A stretch of DNA of 64,000 nucleotides from Paramoeba atlantica (GCA_977017575.1 CDRNVI010000044.1:248001-312000); one strand, 5' to 3'; shown: positions 11,301-21,818, counted from the first letter of the stretch. Numbers and translations: made by a program. The notes: a model not told the origin generated them from the letters alone.

Positions 11301-14300
11301 GGTTTTCTTGTTTTCTGAAGCTTTTGTTATTTCGCATTGAAAAAACTAATGCTGCAAATAGGACTGAGCTAAGCAATCTCGCCGAAACAATGAAATCTAT
11401 TTGTGCTACAGTAAGGGCGAGCTTTTCAGGCCAACGTGATCTACTTCCCTTTCTTAATCCTGTGTCAGAGGGACACATGTCGAATAAACTCTTGTATGAT
11501 GTAAGCAGGAAAGGGTTGCGAAAACATCGGAATAGTTGTTTGATGTTCTTCATGCTGTGTGCAATTGATTACACCTCCAATACGGTGCTCGATGCTGCGC
11601 AGGTGCTAAATGAATGGAACGAGCAAGACTCAGATGAAGCAAACACAACTACTGGCGAAACGTTTTCTTTTGACTTCCTCGTTGCAACATTTATGTATTT
11701 TTTTCTCGAGCATCAGCTCCAGACCGATAAAAAGGTGTTAGAGGCATCAGAAGCTAGTCTTGAGCCATTACTGCAACTGTTGTTTAAAATGTCTGGTGAA
11801 GCTTCCGCTGAAGCCTCGCCATTCAACGAAAGTCATTGGCTTCATGATTTGCGTCAGAAAATGACTCGAGGATCCTTCTTACTCTACGTCAAGTACAACA
11901 CAATCTTGGAAAAACTTTTTTGTTCTTGGCTTATTCGTCTACTTCACTCTCTTGATCGTGGTAAATCTGTTTGTGATGGACTTCATTTTTTGTGTGCTTT
12001 GCTGTCTTCCCACTGGGATGGGGCCCTAACTGATACTTCGAGAAGCAATCAGCTTTGTCCAGCCCGCGGCGCAGTTTGCGGTCTTATGCAATTGGTATCG
12101 GAACATCTTCTGAAAGATTTGCAACGCTTTCTCGTAGAGCCGAAAAGACATGAAATTGTTGAAGATATTCAAGTGACAACTTTGGAAGTTCGTGTGTTCG
12201 GTCGGTGTGCGTTCGGGAGTATGTGGCCCAAAGATAGTTTCTCAATTATATCAAAGATTGGGCTTCTTTCAATAAATTCGAGCTTGTTTAGCGAAGTGGT
12301 TCAAGCAACGCATAAACGTCTTGAATTTATCCGCACTGTGCAAGAAAATGATGCCACAGAGAATGAGTATGATGATCATATCTCTCTAGATCTTTCGTGC
12401 GCTATTTCTCACTTGAAAGACATCTTATGTCTTTGTTCACAAGGGAATCTGCCAGTTGAAAACGTGAACTACATATTATCCAGTGAGCACGGCTGGATAA
12501 GTCCTGCGTGCATCTCTAGTCGTAATCTTGTGAACTTCTTTTCGCACCTACTGATTTTACATCTGCAATACCCTGACAATATGACTGATACTGTCTTAAA
12601 GAATTTTCTCGCGAAGTACGATCCATCTGTTCAGACCGAAATATACTCTTCGATTCTTGACTTGCTTGTGCTTGCTTCAGGGATATCTAAAACAAGCACT
12701 GAGTACACTGTCACCCCCAAGCTGCATAAAAAAGAAATTGGTCTTGTTGATCGCAAATCAGAAGAAGTCGTTTATTTCACAGTAACGTGCCTTCGGTCTC
12801 TTCTACCACTACAAAATCAATTAACCGTGAATAGCATGAAGATGCTTTATCTTTCCACAACACGTGCGTTACCACTAATGGGTATTCATTCTACAACACT
12901 AAGTCAAACAATTCTTGCGATATGTTCATTGTCCGCAATTTTTGAAGCGTCGAGTATTATGATGAATCGATTTGATCCTGAGCTTCATGAGTCAGCATTC
13001 AATCTTTTGTCTCTTGCCATGCAACCCAAGCAATCTGAACTTAATGGAGAGGACAGTAACGGAGCGATAAATGAGAAAGAAATATGGACTTCCACCACTG
13101 AAAATGCGTTTTGGGAATTAATTAGTGTTGTACACGCGAAACTAAATGAATCCATCGGAAAAGCCGTGGACAAAACCGAAGTTGACGCTTTCCCAGAGTT
13201 AGCACTGCGCGTGTTATCCCTTTTAGAGAAGGCCTTTTACACTTTTTCTGAAAAATGCGAGCCATCTGTCGCGCCATCCACATTGGAAATTACTCGGACA
13301 AGTAATGTAACAACTGACATGCTAACCGCGGTTCAAGATTTGATTTCTCAGGATACAAAAATCAAATTTCGAAAGTGCTACATTCCGCTTCTTTCATCTT
13401 TAATGTTAACAAGTGCTTCTATTCTAGCTAATACCAGGGACCCTCTTCGCTTAAAACTTACTAGAGCTTATCTGAAAATATTTTCATCCGTGGAGCTTTG
13501 TGATCTGTGTGCAATTAATGTCGAACTGGCGCAGGCATGTAGTCTTGCTCTTAACATTACTGGATCATATGCATTCAACACAGCGATTTTAGCAAGCGAG
13601 CGTAGCATATGCCCACTTCTTGTTTTTCAGTCATTTGGAGCTTATCATGATGATTCAACTATAGTAAAAGAGCGTCACGACTTTTTCAAATTAGTTCAGC
13701 GGCTTGAAAGTCGAATTCTTTTGAAAAGTATTGTTCGTTCTTTGCACATCATACTTGCGCTATTCTCCAAAGGGGACAATACTGTCTCTATCGAAAATTG
13801 TCATCTTCATCAAGCCATATTTCTTATTTCCCTACTAAAGCAAACCATTGAGAAATCGGATTCCGAAACTGTAACATCTCTCAAGTTAACCAATCTTGTT
13901 CAACCACTATTCCATAGTGTAATACAAATCGCGGCAAGCATGCCCATAAGCGACTTGGAGTTTGAAGAGTGTGTCAAAATTTCGAATAGTATGTACTCGA
14001 AACTCAAGCAGAGTCTTATAAATGCTTTTGTCGCCACAATGGCCAAAGGTACTGCTCTGCATAACGAGGCTTTTCTACGCGAAACGCTCATCATGCACTG
14101 TTTCGCGCTTGATCGTCGATCAGAACCTGGTGCAAGAGATACGAATAGTGCAGCAGTATCTTCCGGGGTAGGTGACACAGTAATGAGTGAGCAACAACAC
14201 GAATTTACTGTAGCGAATTTAAGACGTGTCCAAATGGGATTAGATCTCATATATGCCATTCTACAGAAATTTCAGGATGTTTCCACAACGTTTCTGGTGC

Positions 14301-15109
14301 CCTACTTGCAAACAATTTCATCATTTCTTAAGTCGACACAGATTGAGAATAGCTGGCTATGGTCATGTATCTCGGATCTCTTTTCTTTGAAATCAAGCGA
14401 TCAAAAAAGAAAAAGGGCCCTTATCGAGTCAGAAGATGAGGATATTCGTTCACAGATGGCTTTCTTTTCTCAGTCCCACTATCAAAGTGTATATCTTGCA
14501 TTACAGTGTGTTATTTCTTGCGCCCAAATTCTACGTCGCTTGTCGCAAACGGAGAGCGGAGGAGAATATCTTGCAGATACAAACCCAGAACTACATTCCG
14601 ACCTTAGCACAGCGTTGATTCACCATATTATGAATCCTGCATGGCATCTTAGCTTTATTTTGAAGTATCTGAAAGGGGTGCCACATGACAGCGTGAAATT
14701 ACGATTCCTGCGAAAGCTTGAGAATGGGTTTTCCACGGAATTATCGGAACACATAGTTCCCGCGCTGGATCAGATGGCACTTTGTTCGGGACACGGCAAA
14801 GCCGAGATATGGCGTGAGCTTCAGAATAGTCTTTTGAAAATAGCCTCCAATAGCGTACAAGAATATCAGACATTTTCTCCTTCACTGAGGGATTTGTGCA
14901 GGATCGCCGTTCAGCGAACTGTGCTGCGTGTTGTTGATAATATCTACCAATTTGTCGGCGAAGAAATGGGCGTTCTTCTCCGCGATCTTCTAAATCCAAT
15001 TACAAATATAATGGAGCAATCGGATCCTCTCGTTGTAACACAAGCTCGACAACTACTCCGCAGTGTTCAAAAGTCCACTGGACAATCTCTCGAAGGCTTC
15101 CTTAGTTGA
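8387..15109 (+). CDS. UTP10: U3 snoRNP/SSU processome HEAT-repeat protein UTP10 (HEATR1)
   Basis: 2240 aa. N-terminus ASFLF...EQIHDIG..GL..L...D.RF...VLEYIIRIF.AH.YN.E.LL.C.LPY is typical of UTP10; the rest is helical with a BP28CT-like end. Confidence 0.85.
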   Translation: MCWTMTTDLQKQLLSMGGSLPNKAKPLRRCASFLFADNDASAMSPEQIHDIGIRGLRGLTELDRRFARYESILFTADSIQVDRSVLSTEIENVINNNLRSLLVMCSQHFLKTPVSYVLEYIIRIFDAHKYNTEDLLRCALPYSQHILFARLIQLLPLRSIPLWGFLEKNARTGTPVPQRSLIEHINKNEGALLFVNRMIRDSLQHNALGKSATVFWTEISIMLCERDPNERLLRIMLPLVYTGIQGEHYELSSAALLIMIAVNQIVSLNNDVFEDSCRSICESMERIAEYGTRMEEQKNSVCLYFGTLLSLVSARVNPTAASWAQNFWKDIPWSASTPASGSVFSVFLFHNVMQHEALRAKFYRVLKTVLQYSSLTDTTTSTVLMYFLRVGILRLDTVESEEPAHIMTVTLLHNTISLLEASEPVCDMPPQNPAYINLLKTLRARNTTVFDAFVSKAFKEISLEKALSIANALSHAFGDDPRYASISQESAKIPLIWVLEHPNWDLRLASVSVIMQKWKTAANDSQRDVALSLLVNFMYLSFDDEDGAGFMAKLLIEIKSILTAILNNGPDVENVDKVLKGLSCCLSQVESDVVSTTEEPWCSLLATMESVLAEISKNSFSKSESENCDRIRTQKLLLALRINAIKWKDSLLATKADTKNEIFASRLDLDSLNYFSSHLLQALSIEKSWVSTGILKNLQEVVQEAVTSNQEQEMCSNNVLLALILLATALMTNVPDFQKQFECLLSFLRRGFSQLTSLNPHEIRVEPDLSVGLLRCITYGARSHSAKSYAVRLYQNSVYLLLHMIHIGISKDISRKENLMVFDYLALVWHSNFSTESMWISGKGSCPLNIPGKATCFLSDVLTQAREIRAVMLGLSYVLDQEPNKTGPIYLNIEYAVPTFVALYRLQTQPEFYKVVSKASRLSFVEDSSFSKSSVAALKILLTKYAYGLNPTVSAGDKILNDDVDSIMLSSGFSCFLKLLLFRIEKTNAANRTELSNLAETMKSICATVRASFSGQRDLLPFLNPVSEGHMSNKLLYDVSRKGLRKHRNSCLMFFMLCAIDYTSNTVLDAAQVLNEWNEQDSDEANTTTGETFSFDFLVATFMYFFLEHQLQTDKKVLEASEASLEPLLQLLFKMSGEASAEASPFNESHWLHDLRQKMTRGSFLLYVKYNTILEKLFCSWLIRLLHSLDRGKSVCDGLHFLCALLSSHWDGALTDTSRSNQLCPARGAVCGLMQLVSEHLLKDLQRFLVEPKRHEIVEDIQVTTLEVRVFGRCAFGSMWPKDSFSIISKIGLLSINSSLFSEVVQATHKRLEFIRTVQENDATENEYDDHISLDLSCAISHLKDILCLCSQGNLPVENVNYILSSEHGWISPACISSRNLVNFFSHLLILHLQYPDNMTDTVLKNFLAKYDPSVQTEIYSSILDLLVLASGISKTSTEYTVTPKLHKKEIGLVDRKSEEVVYFTVTCLRSLLPLQNQLTVNSMKMLYLSTTRALPLMGIHSTTLSQTILAICSLSAIFEASSIMMNRFDPELHESAFNLLSLAMQPKQSELNGEDSNGAINEKEIWTSTTENAFWELISVVHAKLNESIGKAVDKTEVDAFPELALRVLSLLEKAFYTFSEKCEPSVAPSTLEITRTSNVTTDMLTAVQDLISQDTKIKFRKCYIPLLSSLMLTSASILANTRDPLRLKLTRAYLKIFSSVELCDLCAINVELAQACSLALNITGSYAFNTAILASERSICPLLVFQSFGAYHDDSTIVKERHDFFKLVQRLESRILLKSIVRSLHIILALFSKGDNTVSIENCHLHQAIFLISLLKQTIEKSDSETVTSLKLTNLVQPLFHSVIQIAASMPISDLEFEECVKISNSMYSKLKQSLINAFVATMAKGTALHNEAFLRETLIMHCFALDRRSEPGARDTNSAAVSSGVGDTVMSEQQHEFTVANLRRVQMGLDLIYAILQKFQDVSTTFLVPYLQTISSFLKSTQIENSWLWSCISDLFSLKSSDQKRKRALIESEDEDIRSQMAFFSQSHYQSVYLALQCVISCAQILRRLSQTESGGEYLADTNPELHSDLSTALIHHIMNPAWHLSFILKYLKGVPHDSVKLRFLRKLENGFSTELSEHIVPALDQMALCSGHGKAEIWRELQNSLLKIASNSVQEYQTFSPSLRDLCRIAVQRTVLRVVDNIYQFVGEEMGVLLRDLLNPITNIMEQSDPLVVTQARQLLRSVQKSTGQSLEGFLS

Positions 15110-15545
15110 AAAGTAGGAATTGGAGAAAGTCGAGTATTCATCGGATTGACTCGTAAACTCTGCTAGTGATTTATATTCAAGAAGTGCAACAGATTTATTT
15201 TTCTCCTTTATTTTTAGCATACAGTTTTACTTGAAGGAGTCTAATTTTTTACTAAATGATTTCACAGTGCGTATGTGAATGCTACTAGCCATGCGTACGA
15301 AAATCCTAAATCCAAAAATAGAGAAATTAAGACATTTAAATTTTAAATCATTAATTTAAAGAAGAATCAATTTACGCGTAATTAACTAATGACCTTTTAT
15401 CCATTTCTTCATTTGCCCTGGAGTTTTCTTCCTTTAATCTTGCTCCTCCCCTCATCCTTTTTACTCAATCCATCTTTTTCTACCTTCCATCTACAATTCT
15501 CTTCTCCCCCCCTCCCTCCCTCATCATGATGTACAACACACTCTA

Positions 15546-16871
15546 ATGTCCACCCCTCCCCCCATCTCCCCTTCCCTCCACTCCCCCCACCTCACCGCCC
15601 CCGAGATCCAACGCTACAGCCGTCACGCCCTTCTCCCCGAGCTCGGGCCCTCCGGCGTATCCTCCGTCCTCCGCACCCACATCCTCGTCGTCGGGGCCGG
15701 AGGTCTCGGCAGTACCTGTCTGCTCTACCTCGCGGCCGGGGGCGCCGCCTCCCTCGGCATCGTCGACCCCGACACCGTTGAGCTCTCCAACCTCCAGCGT
15801 CAGGTCATCCACAGCACAGAAAACCTACAAATGTCCAAAGTCCAATCCGCGGCCCTGGCCTGTCGTCGGCTCAACCCCACGGTACCCCTGCACGAGTACC
15901 CCGTGGCCGTTGATCCCTCCAATGTGTTACCCCTCCTGCGGCCCTACGACATTATCTGTGACTGCACGGATAACGTGGGGAGCCGGTACTTGCTCAACGA
16001 CGCCTGCGGGTGGCTGGGGAAGCCCCTGGTGAGTGGGTCCGCGCTGCGGTGGGAGGGCCACGTCACGGTGTTTCACTACGCCGGGGGGCCGTGCTACCGG
16101 TGTGTGTTCCCGGAGCCCCCACCGGCGGGGGGAGGGGCTGTGGAGGGGTGTGGGGAGGTGGGGGTACTGGGGGTGGTGCCGGGGGTGATGGGGGCGGTAC
16201 AGGCGGGGGAGGTGGTGAAGGTGGCGGCGGGGTGGGGGAGGGGGGAGGTGTTGTCGGGGCGGATGGTGTATTGGAATGCGAGGTTGGGGACGATGCGGAC
16301 GGTGAGGTTGAGGGAGAGGCGGGGGGGTTGTGGGGGATGTGGGGAGGGGAGACGGAGAGGGAAGGGGGAGAGGGGGGTTCCGGTTTTTGCGTATTATGGT
16401 GAGGACTACGTGTGTGAGCGCCCCGCGTGTCTTGCGTCAGATAACTGTGTGCGCCCTTTGGAGTTGGTCGAACGTGCGGCGAATACTACTCCGAAGATTG
16501 TGGTTGTCGATGTCCGACCCGAGGTGCAGTTTAGTATGTGTTCAATTAAATGGCCAAATTTTGTGGTTAGCAATGTACCGTTTTTAAAAAATGAGTCCTT
16601 TGTGGCACAGGTGAGGTCACTTTCTGAACAACCCTGCTCTTTAGACGTTTATAACACTGCGCTACTAAAAAATGATAAATCTAATAGTAATGCTTCTCAT
16701 CATCCCAATAGTGTAAAGAAACACAATATTTACTTGATATGTCGTCGAGGCGTTGCATCAAGTCACGCTGTGACATTTTTAGCTGCCAACGGAGTTGCAA
16801 ATGTGGTTCACGTTGTAGGAGGCCTACATAGATGGAGAGAAGAAGTGGACGAAGACTTTCCTGACTATTGA
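15546..16871 (+). CDS. UBA4: Adenylyltransferase/sulfurtransferase MOCS3/UBA4 (ThiF plus rhodanese)
   Basis: RYSRH, VVGAGGLGS, DPDTVELSNLQRQ, DCTDN, two CxxC motifs and a C-terminal rhodanese (DVRP...ICRRG...GGLHRW...DFPDY). Confidence 0.92.
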   Translation: MSTPPPISPSLHSPHLTAPEIQRYSRHALLPELGPSGVSSVLRTHILVVGAGGLGSTCLLYLAAGGAASLGIVDPDTVELSNLQRQVIHSTENLQMSKVQSAALACRRLNPTVPLHEYPVAVDPSNVLPLLRPYDIICDCTDNVGSRYLLNDACGWLGKPLVSGSALRWEGHVTVFHYAGGPCYRCVFPEPPPAGGGAVEGCGEVGVLGVVPGVMGAVQAGEVVKVAAGWGRGEVLSGRMVYWNARLGTMRTVRLRERRGGCGGCGEGRRRGKGERGVPVFAYYGEDYVCERPACLASDNCVRPLELVERAANTTPKIVVVDVRPEVQFSMCSIKWPNFVVSNVPFLKNESFVAQVRSLSEQPCSLDVYNTALLKNDKSNSNASHHPNSVKKHNIYLICRRGVASSHAVTFLAANGVANVVHVVGGLHRWREEVDEDFPDY

Positions 16872-17137
16872 CATTTGCAGTGTTGCGGTAGTGTGTATCA
16901 CAGCTTTGCAGCTTTAACACTGTCGAGTGGAGGGAGGCTAACCGGAATATCTCAAAGATTTTGTCACGGGTACAATTACCGCAGTTATTATAAAATATAG
17001 AACTATATAAAATCATCGAAATGAAATCGCAAAAAAACAGACTGATCATACATGTACATGTATATAAAATCGAATAGATAGAGATCTGATCTAAAGACTT
17101 CCTATAGGTAGGCACATGAGGTGAAAATTCTATTGGC

Positions 17138-18421
17138 ATGAATTATGATCGATATCTTACGTCGCATCATGCGACTAGACAAGAGGTGACGAGACCACGC
17201 GGTTCTGAGCTATCGATTGCACCTGAAAGTTCCTTCTATAGACTTATGCGCCAGAAGGCAACCAATTGGCCGAAATCTGAAAGATTTTTGTCTTCTCGTG
17301 AGACGCAACCTGCAACTCCAGAAACGCCCGACGATGATACCCGGGAGCTATCGCACGAAGAGAAATTGAAGAGGTCAAAAAGCGAAAATCTGTGTTTCGT
17401 CGAGATACCATGCAAAGATTGGCGAAGCCCGGTAGGTGACTTAAGGCAACTTGTTCTTAGTCTGTATGTATCACAACTGCATAATGTACTACGCGGTGTG
17501 TGGTATAGAAATGAATGGTGTGGAACTGCAGTAGCTGTAGGGCCGTACACCTATCTTACTCCGAGACATGTGATCTCTAAATGTGTAATAGGAGGAATAG
17601 AACTGCATTTACCTAGAGAAAAAGGGTCGCGAAAGTTGAGTTGCAGTCGCCAAAAAAGCGGATCAGAAATGAGTGATCAACCAGTACGTCATGTTACAAA
17701 AATCAATTCAAATATACGTCCATTCCACGGGTTGATTGACGCCGCACTCATTTATGAGACTCCTGTTCATCGAACGGAAAGAACACAAAAAGACGAGTCA
17801 ACAATGACAGATAGTGCAAATTCTGATTACCGAGCTGATAAAACAAACGACAGGTCTTTGATTCGTGGTTTTCGCTTCCTTAGAATTCAAGAGGGCATTA
17901 CGTTGGAAGATAATGACCAGATTCTCATATTATGGCTACAACCAAGCGCACAGGTATGCTTGCCCCATAGTGCCCCGCAGAAAGTTGACCTGGGAATCGA
18001 TATTGGGACTACGATAAGAAAACGTGGCAAACAGTCTCAGAGGTTAGGTAAAAGTCTTCCAGCGTCAACTCCTGAAAGTTACGATACAGAGCTCTTCGAT
18101 GGGAAGGAACTTGTCCTTTGCTACACTTCCGGGACTCTTCGTGGTTTTCACACACAGACCATGTCATTTTACGTTGACGGTGCAGAAACAAAGCCCGGGG
18201 CGTCTGGCGGATTAGCATTTTTGATGCGCACTTCTCCTCCAACACTTGTTCCGGTGGGAATTCATTTAGGTCGAAACGATGATGCCATGGGCAGTGGGCG
18301 CAATATGGCGGAGTTCCATTGTTTGGATCACATTTTACGATGCATGCCTCATCCTTTCGAAATACTACGTAGTAATGACCAACGGATTTGTAAGAAATGG
18401 GAGCGGAATGTCCGATCTTAA
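17138..18421 (+). CDS. Trypsin-like (clan PA) serine protease domain protein
   Basis: Catalytic-triad motifs in order: GTAVAVG..TYLTPRHV (His), DAALI (Asp), TKPGASGG (Ser), then VGIHLG. Confidence 0.65.
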   Translation: MNYDRYLTSHHATRQEVTRPRGSELSIAPESSFYRLMRQKATNWPKSERFLSSRETQPATPETPDDDTRELSHEEKLKRSKSENLCFVEIPCKDWRSPVGDLRQLVLSLYVSQLHNVLRGVWYRNEWCGTAVAVGPYTYLTPRHVISKCVIGGIELHLPREKGSRKLSCSRQKSGSEMSDQPVRHVTKINSNIRPFHGLIDAALIYETPVHRTERTQKDESTMTDSANSDYRADKTNDRSLIRGFRFLRIQEGITLEDNDQILILWLQPSAQVCLPHSAPQKVDLGIDIGTTIRKRGKQSQRLGKSLPASTPESYDTELFDGKELVLCYTSGTLRGFHTQTMSFYVDGAETKPGASGGLAFLMRTSPPTLVPVGIHLGRNDDAMGSGRNMAEFHCLDHILRCMPHPFEILRSNDQRICKKWERNVRS

Positions 18422-18646
18422 AGGGTAAAACTAAAAAAATGTGTTTTTTAGCACAGAGCCTGACGTAATTAATTTCGCGGTGTAATCCATCATGATTTTA
18501 CCATAGTTACATAACTATTTACATAGTTACATAACTATTTAGTGTGCAATTGAACCTATTCGTATAAGATTGTAGGCTTCACTTCTTATTCGCGAATATT
18601 CATTCTCTTAAATCGTTAGACGTTTTTATAGGATCCTATGAGCTAG

Positions 18647-20650
18647 TTGAGTAAAAGGTCTTGCCTTTTGATGTTTCGAGCACGCTATAAATCTTCGATT
18701 CGGGTGACAAGCTTGTGTATGTATGCAGGAAGGAAATGTCTTGCACAAAGACGCCAAGCACACACGTCCAACGAATCGGAAGGTTCTGCTATCGAAGTTG
18801 GTAAAAGATATAGGCCCTGCACTGCACATAATTCAACAAATTTACGGACTACTGAGATCACATCACATAGAAAATCGTTATCTTTTTTAGATATGATAAT
18901 GCCGTGGTTCTCTTCAGATACAGAGCGCTACAGTAATCCCGATCGAACAGATCAATGTTCGCCCACGCTATATCACTGGTATTCTATTTTTCAACCACAT
19001 CGTCGATTGATTCAAAACTATATAAGTTCTTTGCAAAGCAAAACTAGCGAGCCATACGCATTGATTGAGAAAGGAGAAGATGGGTCGCGTGCCGGAAGCC
19101 TTTTTTCTTTCCTCACATCTTCCTTACCCAATGTACGATATTCTTTTCTTGAGCTGCTTGGTGCTGAGCACGTTGAATCTATTTTCGCTAAGATAGAATT
19201 TTTACGAGGTGAATTCCTGAACAATGTAATTCTGGACAAGGACCTGGATGGAAAGGTACGCCATGATCTTTACTCACGACTCATCGAAGTATCGTTCGTA
19301 GCCCTCTGTAGTTTAGCAGGGTCGGAAAGTGTATCGTTAAATACTTTTAAAGGACCAAAAACTGATTCGACGCGAAAAACACCTCTTTCCGGACATTACA
19401 AGCGAATTCAGGAGACATCGCGTGCGCACCAGAAGAGAGTTCTTAGAGGAGCTACGCAACTTCTCCATGACGCGCTGCAGAGTGATTTCGCAACACATAA
19501 GGTTTGGTTGTGTTATTTTGCTCTGTGGACCGAAATTGAGCATGATACGCGAAATTACGAGACGTTTTGGTTTTGGGTACGGAAATATTTAGAATGGTTA
19601 CAGCCAATTCGAACAGAGAAGAATGAAACAGGTAATGGCTCCATTACTTGCAACAAAACAGAAGGAATCAAGAGTATTTCTTCTGCGGGTTCAAAAGCGG
19701 CATCGGTGCACAGCGAACGTGAAATATTTCATAGTGATGTTTCTGCTTTACTTTGCTTGTGGTGTGGGGCGCGCAAACCTCACGATAGTTTATTCGACAA
19801 TAAAAATATTGTTCAGCTTTGGTTTCAGCTATTCCCAGGGCGCATTCACGAGCTGCAATCGTGCGAATTCCGTCCCACTCTTTCAGCCTATGCAGCCGCG
19901 TTACACGCCGTAGGTACTTCTGCAGATGGTGGATTTCGGAGCGCTTTGATATCGAAAATAAATGCTAGCATGTCGCAAAGAGAGTTTTTATGCTCATCTT
20001 GGTCAATTATTCTTACACTACTTTCTTCCCTCACTCCCGAAGATGCAACTCAAGTAGTTTATTCTAAAATTCAGAATGAGCATTTGGATAAAGTAAGTTT
20101 GAGGGAGAAAACTGAGGGTGAGAGTCATAGTCAAGAAGATTCCAAGCAGGATCATAGCCGGTTTCTACGCTTTCCTGTGCTGTATTCGCTTCTTCACGTT
20201 TATGTATTGCACCGCCGAACTACGGAGGCTGAAGCGCTATTCTTACGTCATGTTGCGCCCCAAGAGCACGTAGTATGTTCCACCTTATTTTCACCTCAAC
20301 AGGTTTCCAAACTCAGTTTACTCATGCTTCGTCTCTATTCCTCTTTGCGTCCCTTTCCCGATCTCCAGACTGCACTTAATGTAAGACAAAAGTATGTCTG
20401 TTCCTCGCAAGTCAACGCGCAACACTATGTGGCTCTTCTAAACTGTGCTCGAATGGACAGTACCGCGGGGTACGCGCTCTTCATTGAAGCGTGTAGTCTA
20501 GGCATTTCGCTACCGCATGAAGGCTACGATGCGCTTTATCGATCGCTAGGGGGGATGTCTCTTGAGTCACTGGCCAGGGGCTATCTTCCTGATTATGGAG
20601 ACTATGGCCCTTCTGTATTGGACGAATATATGCACGTGCCAGGAAAATAA
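18647..20650 (+). CDS. Hypothetical alpha-helical protein, possibly PPR/TPR-like and mitochondrial
   Basis: 667-aa ORF in the gene-cluster orientation, with a basic N-terminus and helical-repeat-like C-terminal segments (YAAALHAVG, HYVALLNC). Family not recognised. Confidence 0.5.
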   Translation: MSKRSCLLMFRARYKSSIRVTSLCMYAGRKCLAQRRQAHTSNESEGSAIEVGKRYRPCTAHNSTNLRTTEITSHRKSLSFLDMIMPWFSSDTERYSNPDRTDQCSPTLYHWYSIFQPHRRLIQNYISSLQSKTSEPYALIEKGEDGSRAGSLFSFLTSSLPNVRYSFLELLGAEHVESIFAKIEFLRGEFLNNVILDKDLDGKVRHDLYSRLIEVSFVALCSLAGSESVSLNTFKGPKTDSTRKTPLSGHYKRIQETSRAHQKRVLRGATQLLHDALQSDFATHKVWLCYFALWTEIEHDTRNYETFWFWVRKYLEWLQPIRTEKNETGNGSITCNKTEGIKSISSAGSKAASVHSEREIFHSDVSALLCLWCGARKPHDSLFDNKNIVQLWFQLFPGRIHELQSCEFRPTLSAYAAALHAVGTSADGGFRSALISKINASMSQREFLCSSWSIILTLLSSLTPEDATQVVYSKIQNEHLDKVSLREKTEGESHSQEDSKQDHSRFLRFPVLYSLLHVYVLHRRTTEAEALFLRHVAPQEHVVCSTLFSPQQVSKLSLLMLRLYSSLRPFPDLQTALNVRQKYVCSSQVNAQHYVALLNCARMDSTAGYALFIEACSLGISLPHEGYDALYRSLGGMSLESLARGYLPDYGDYGPSVLDEYMHVPGK

Positions 20651-20919
20651 AGAAGAATAAGGGAGAACAAAGTGGCTTTAAAAGCGTCATTGCATGAACT
20701 ATGCTCGATCATGGCTAGGCTCGATGAATACGTAATGCCGTATTCAAATTACCCTAACTAGAATATTTCTCATGTGCACTTTTTTCATGTTATTCAATAC
20801 ATTTCTCATTAACTTTCGAACAACGAAAACCTAGAAATTTTCGGTAGCAGGGCAGTTTCGCTACGCGATAAAAAAATAAGACAAAGTTTTTGTATGGCTT
20901 TTCAATATATCCGTTATTC

Positions 20920-21603
20920 ATGTATGAAGATGGCGCAGCCCAGCCTTTAGTACACCGTGCGAGCGGTCTGCAAGCTCGAGGTGGGCGTCAGGAGTTTACC
21001 GTGTTTGACGACTCGAGTGTAAATGCAATCGCACAGGGAATTCAAGCATTGTGGTCTATGCATGAACGTGACTTGGGCAACCCCCACATTAATGTGAGGG
21101 ACCCATTCTATGCCACGCGGTTACGAATACTCCGGGCTCAGGCTCTCCATGACAAGCGATGTCTCTGCTCCTACCTGAAGTCTCGTCTGGACCACGTAAC
21201 AGCCTCGTGGTGGGGTATGCTGGGTAAAGACGAGCACACCCATGGTGCAATCTCACAAGAGGCGCCATCCTCACCTGTATCATCCTCCGAGCCCTCTGCT
21301 CGGGGAGCTATACCCCATGACCTGCTCAACCCCTCAGAGGGACAATTTCTACGTAACTATGGAAATCTTATGGTATCGTACATGACAGCCCTCGGTAACT
21401 TGGATCTTCGTATGTGTGCGAGTGGACACATTCCCGGAGTACAGCGCTATGTAGTGCTCACAGGTAAGAAGACATTTGTGGGTGTCTCCGCCGTCACCGG
21501 GCGTACGTTGCAAATCTATCCCGGAAAATGTCTCTCACTTACCTATGAGGATGCAGCTCCCTTGTTGTCATCTGGGGTGGTCGTAGCGCACGGAAGTGAA
21601 TAG
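20920..21603 (+). CDS. PSF1: GINS complex subunit Psf1
   Basis: DKRCLCSYLKSRL...WW, LNPSE..F...Y..L...YM..LDL and the B-domain ending. ATG at 20920 gives a Psf1-like MYEDGA start. Confidence 0.8.
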   Translation: MYEDGAAQPLVHRASGLQARGGRQEFTVFDDSSVNAIAQGIQALWSMHERDLGNPHINVRDPFYATRLRILRAQALHDKRCLCSYLKSRLDHVTASWWGMLGKDEHTHGAISQEAPSSPVSSSEPSARGAIPHDLLNPSEGQFLRNYGNLMVSYMTALGNLDLRMCASGHIPGVQRYVVLTGKKTFVGVSAVTGRTLQIYPGKCLSLTYEDAAPLLSSGVVVAHGSE

Positions 21604-21818
21604 AACAAAGGATTATGGTGACAAGTATGACGCTTGTGTTCCTTTACACGCTTCTTCAAAATTAAACATAAAACATAATATACAGAATGTAATATTTCCT
21701 CTTGTTTTCATGATAACGTTGATAATGAAGAATAATAATTCGATGCAAAGTTATCTAGATCATTCATTGTTACATACTAAAGTATTTTTTGGGGCGCAAT
21801 TTATTCTAATTATTAAGA

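Noticed and set aside
18502-18541. 20-bp tandem duplication with an internal palindrome (catagttacataactattta x2)
   Set aside because: Only two adjacent units with no spacer; best explained by slippage, not a CRISPR-like array.
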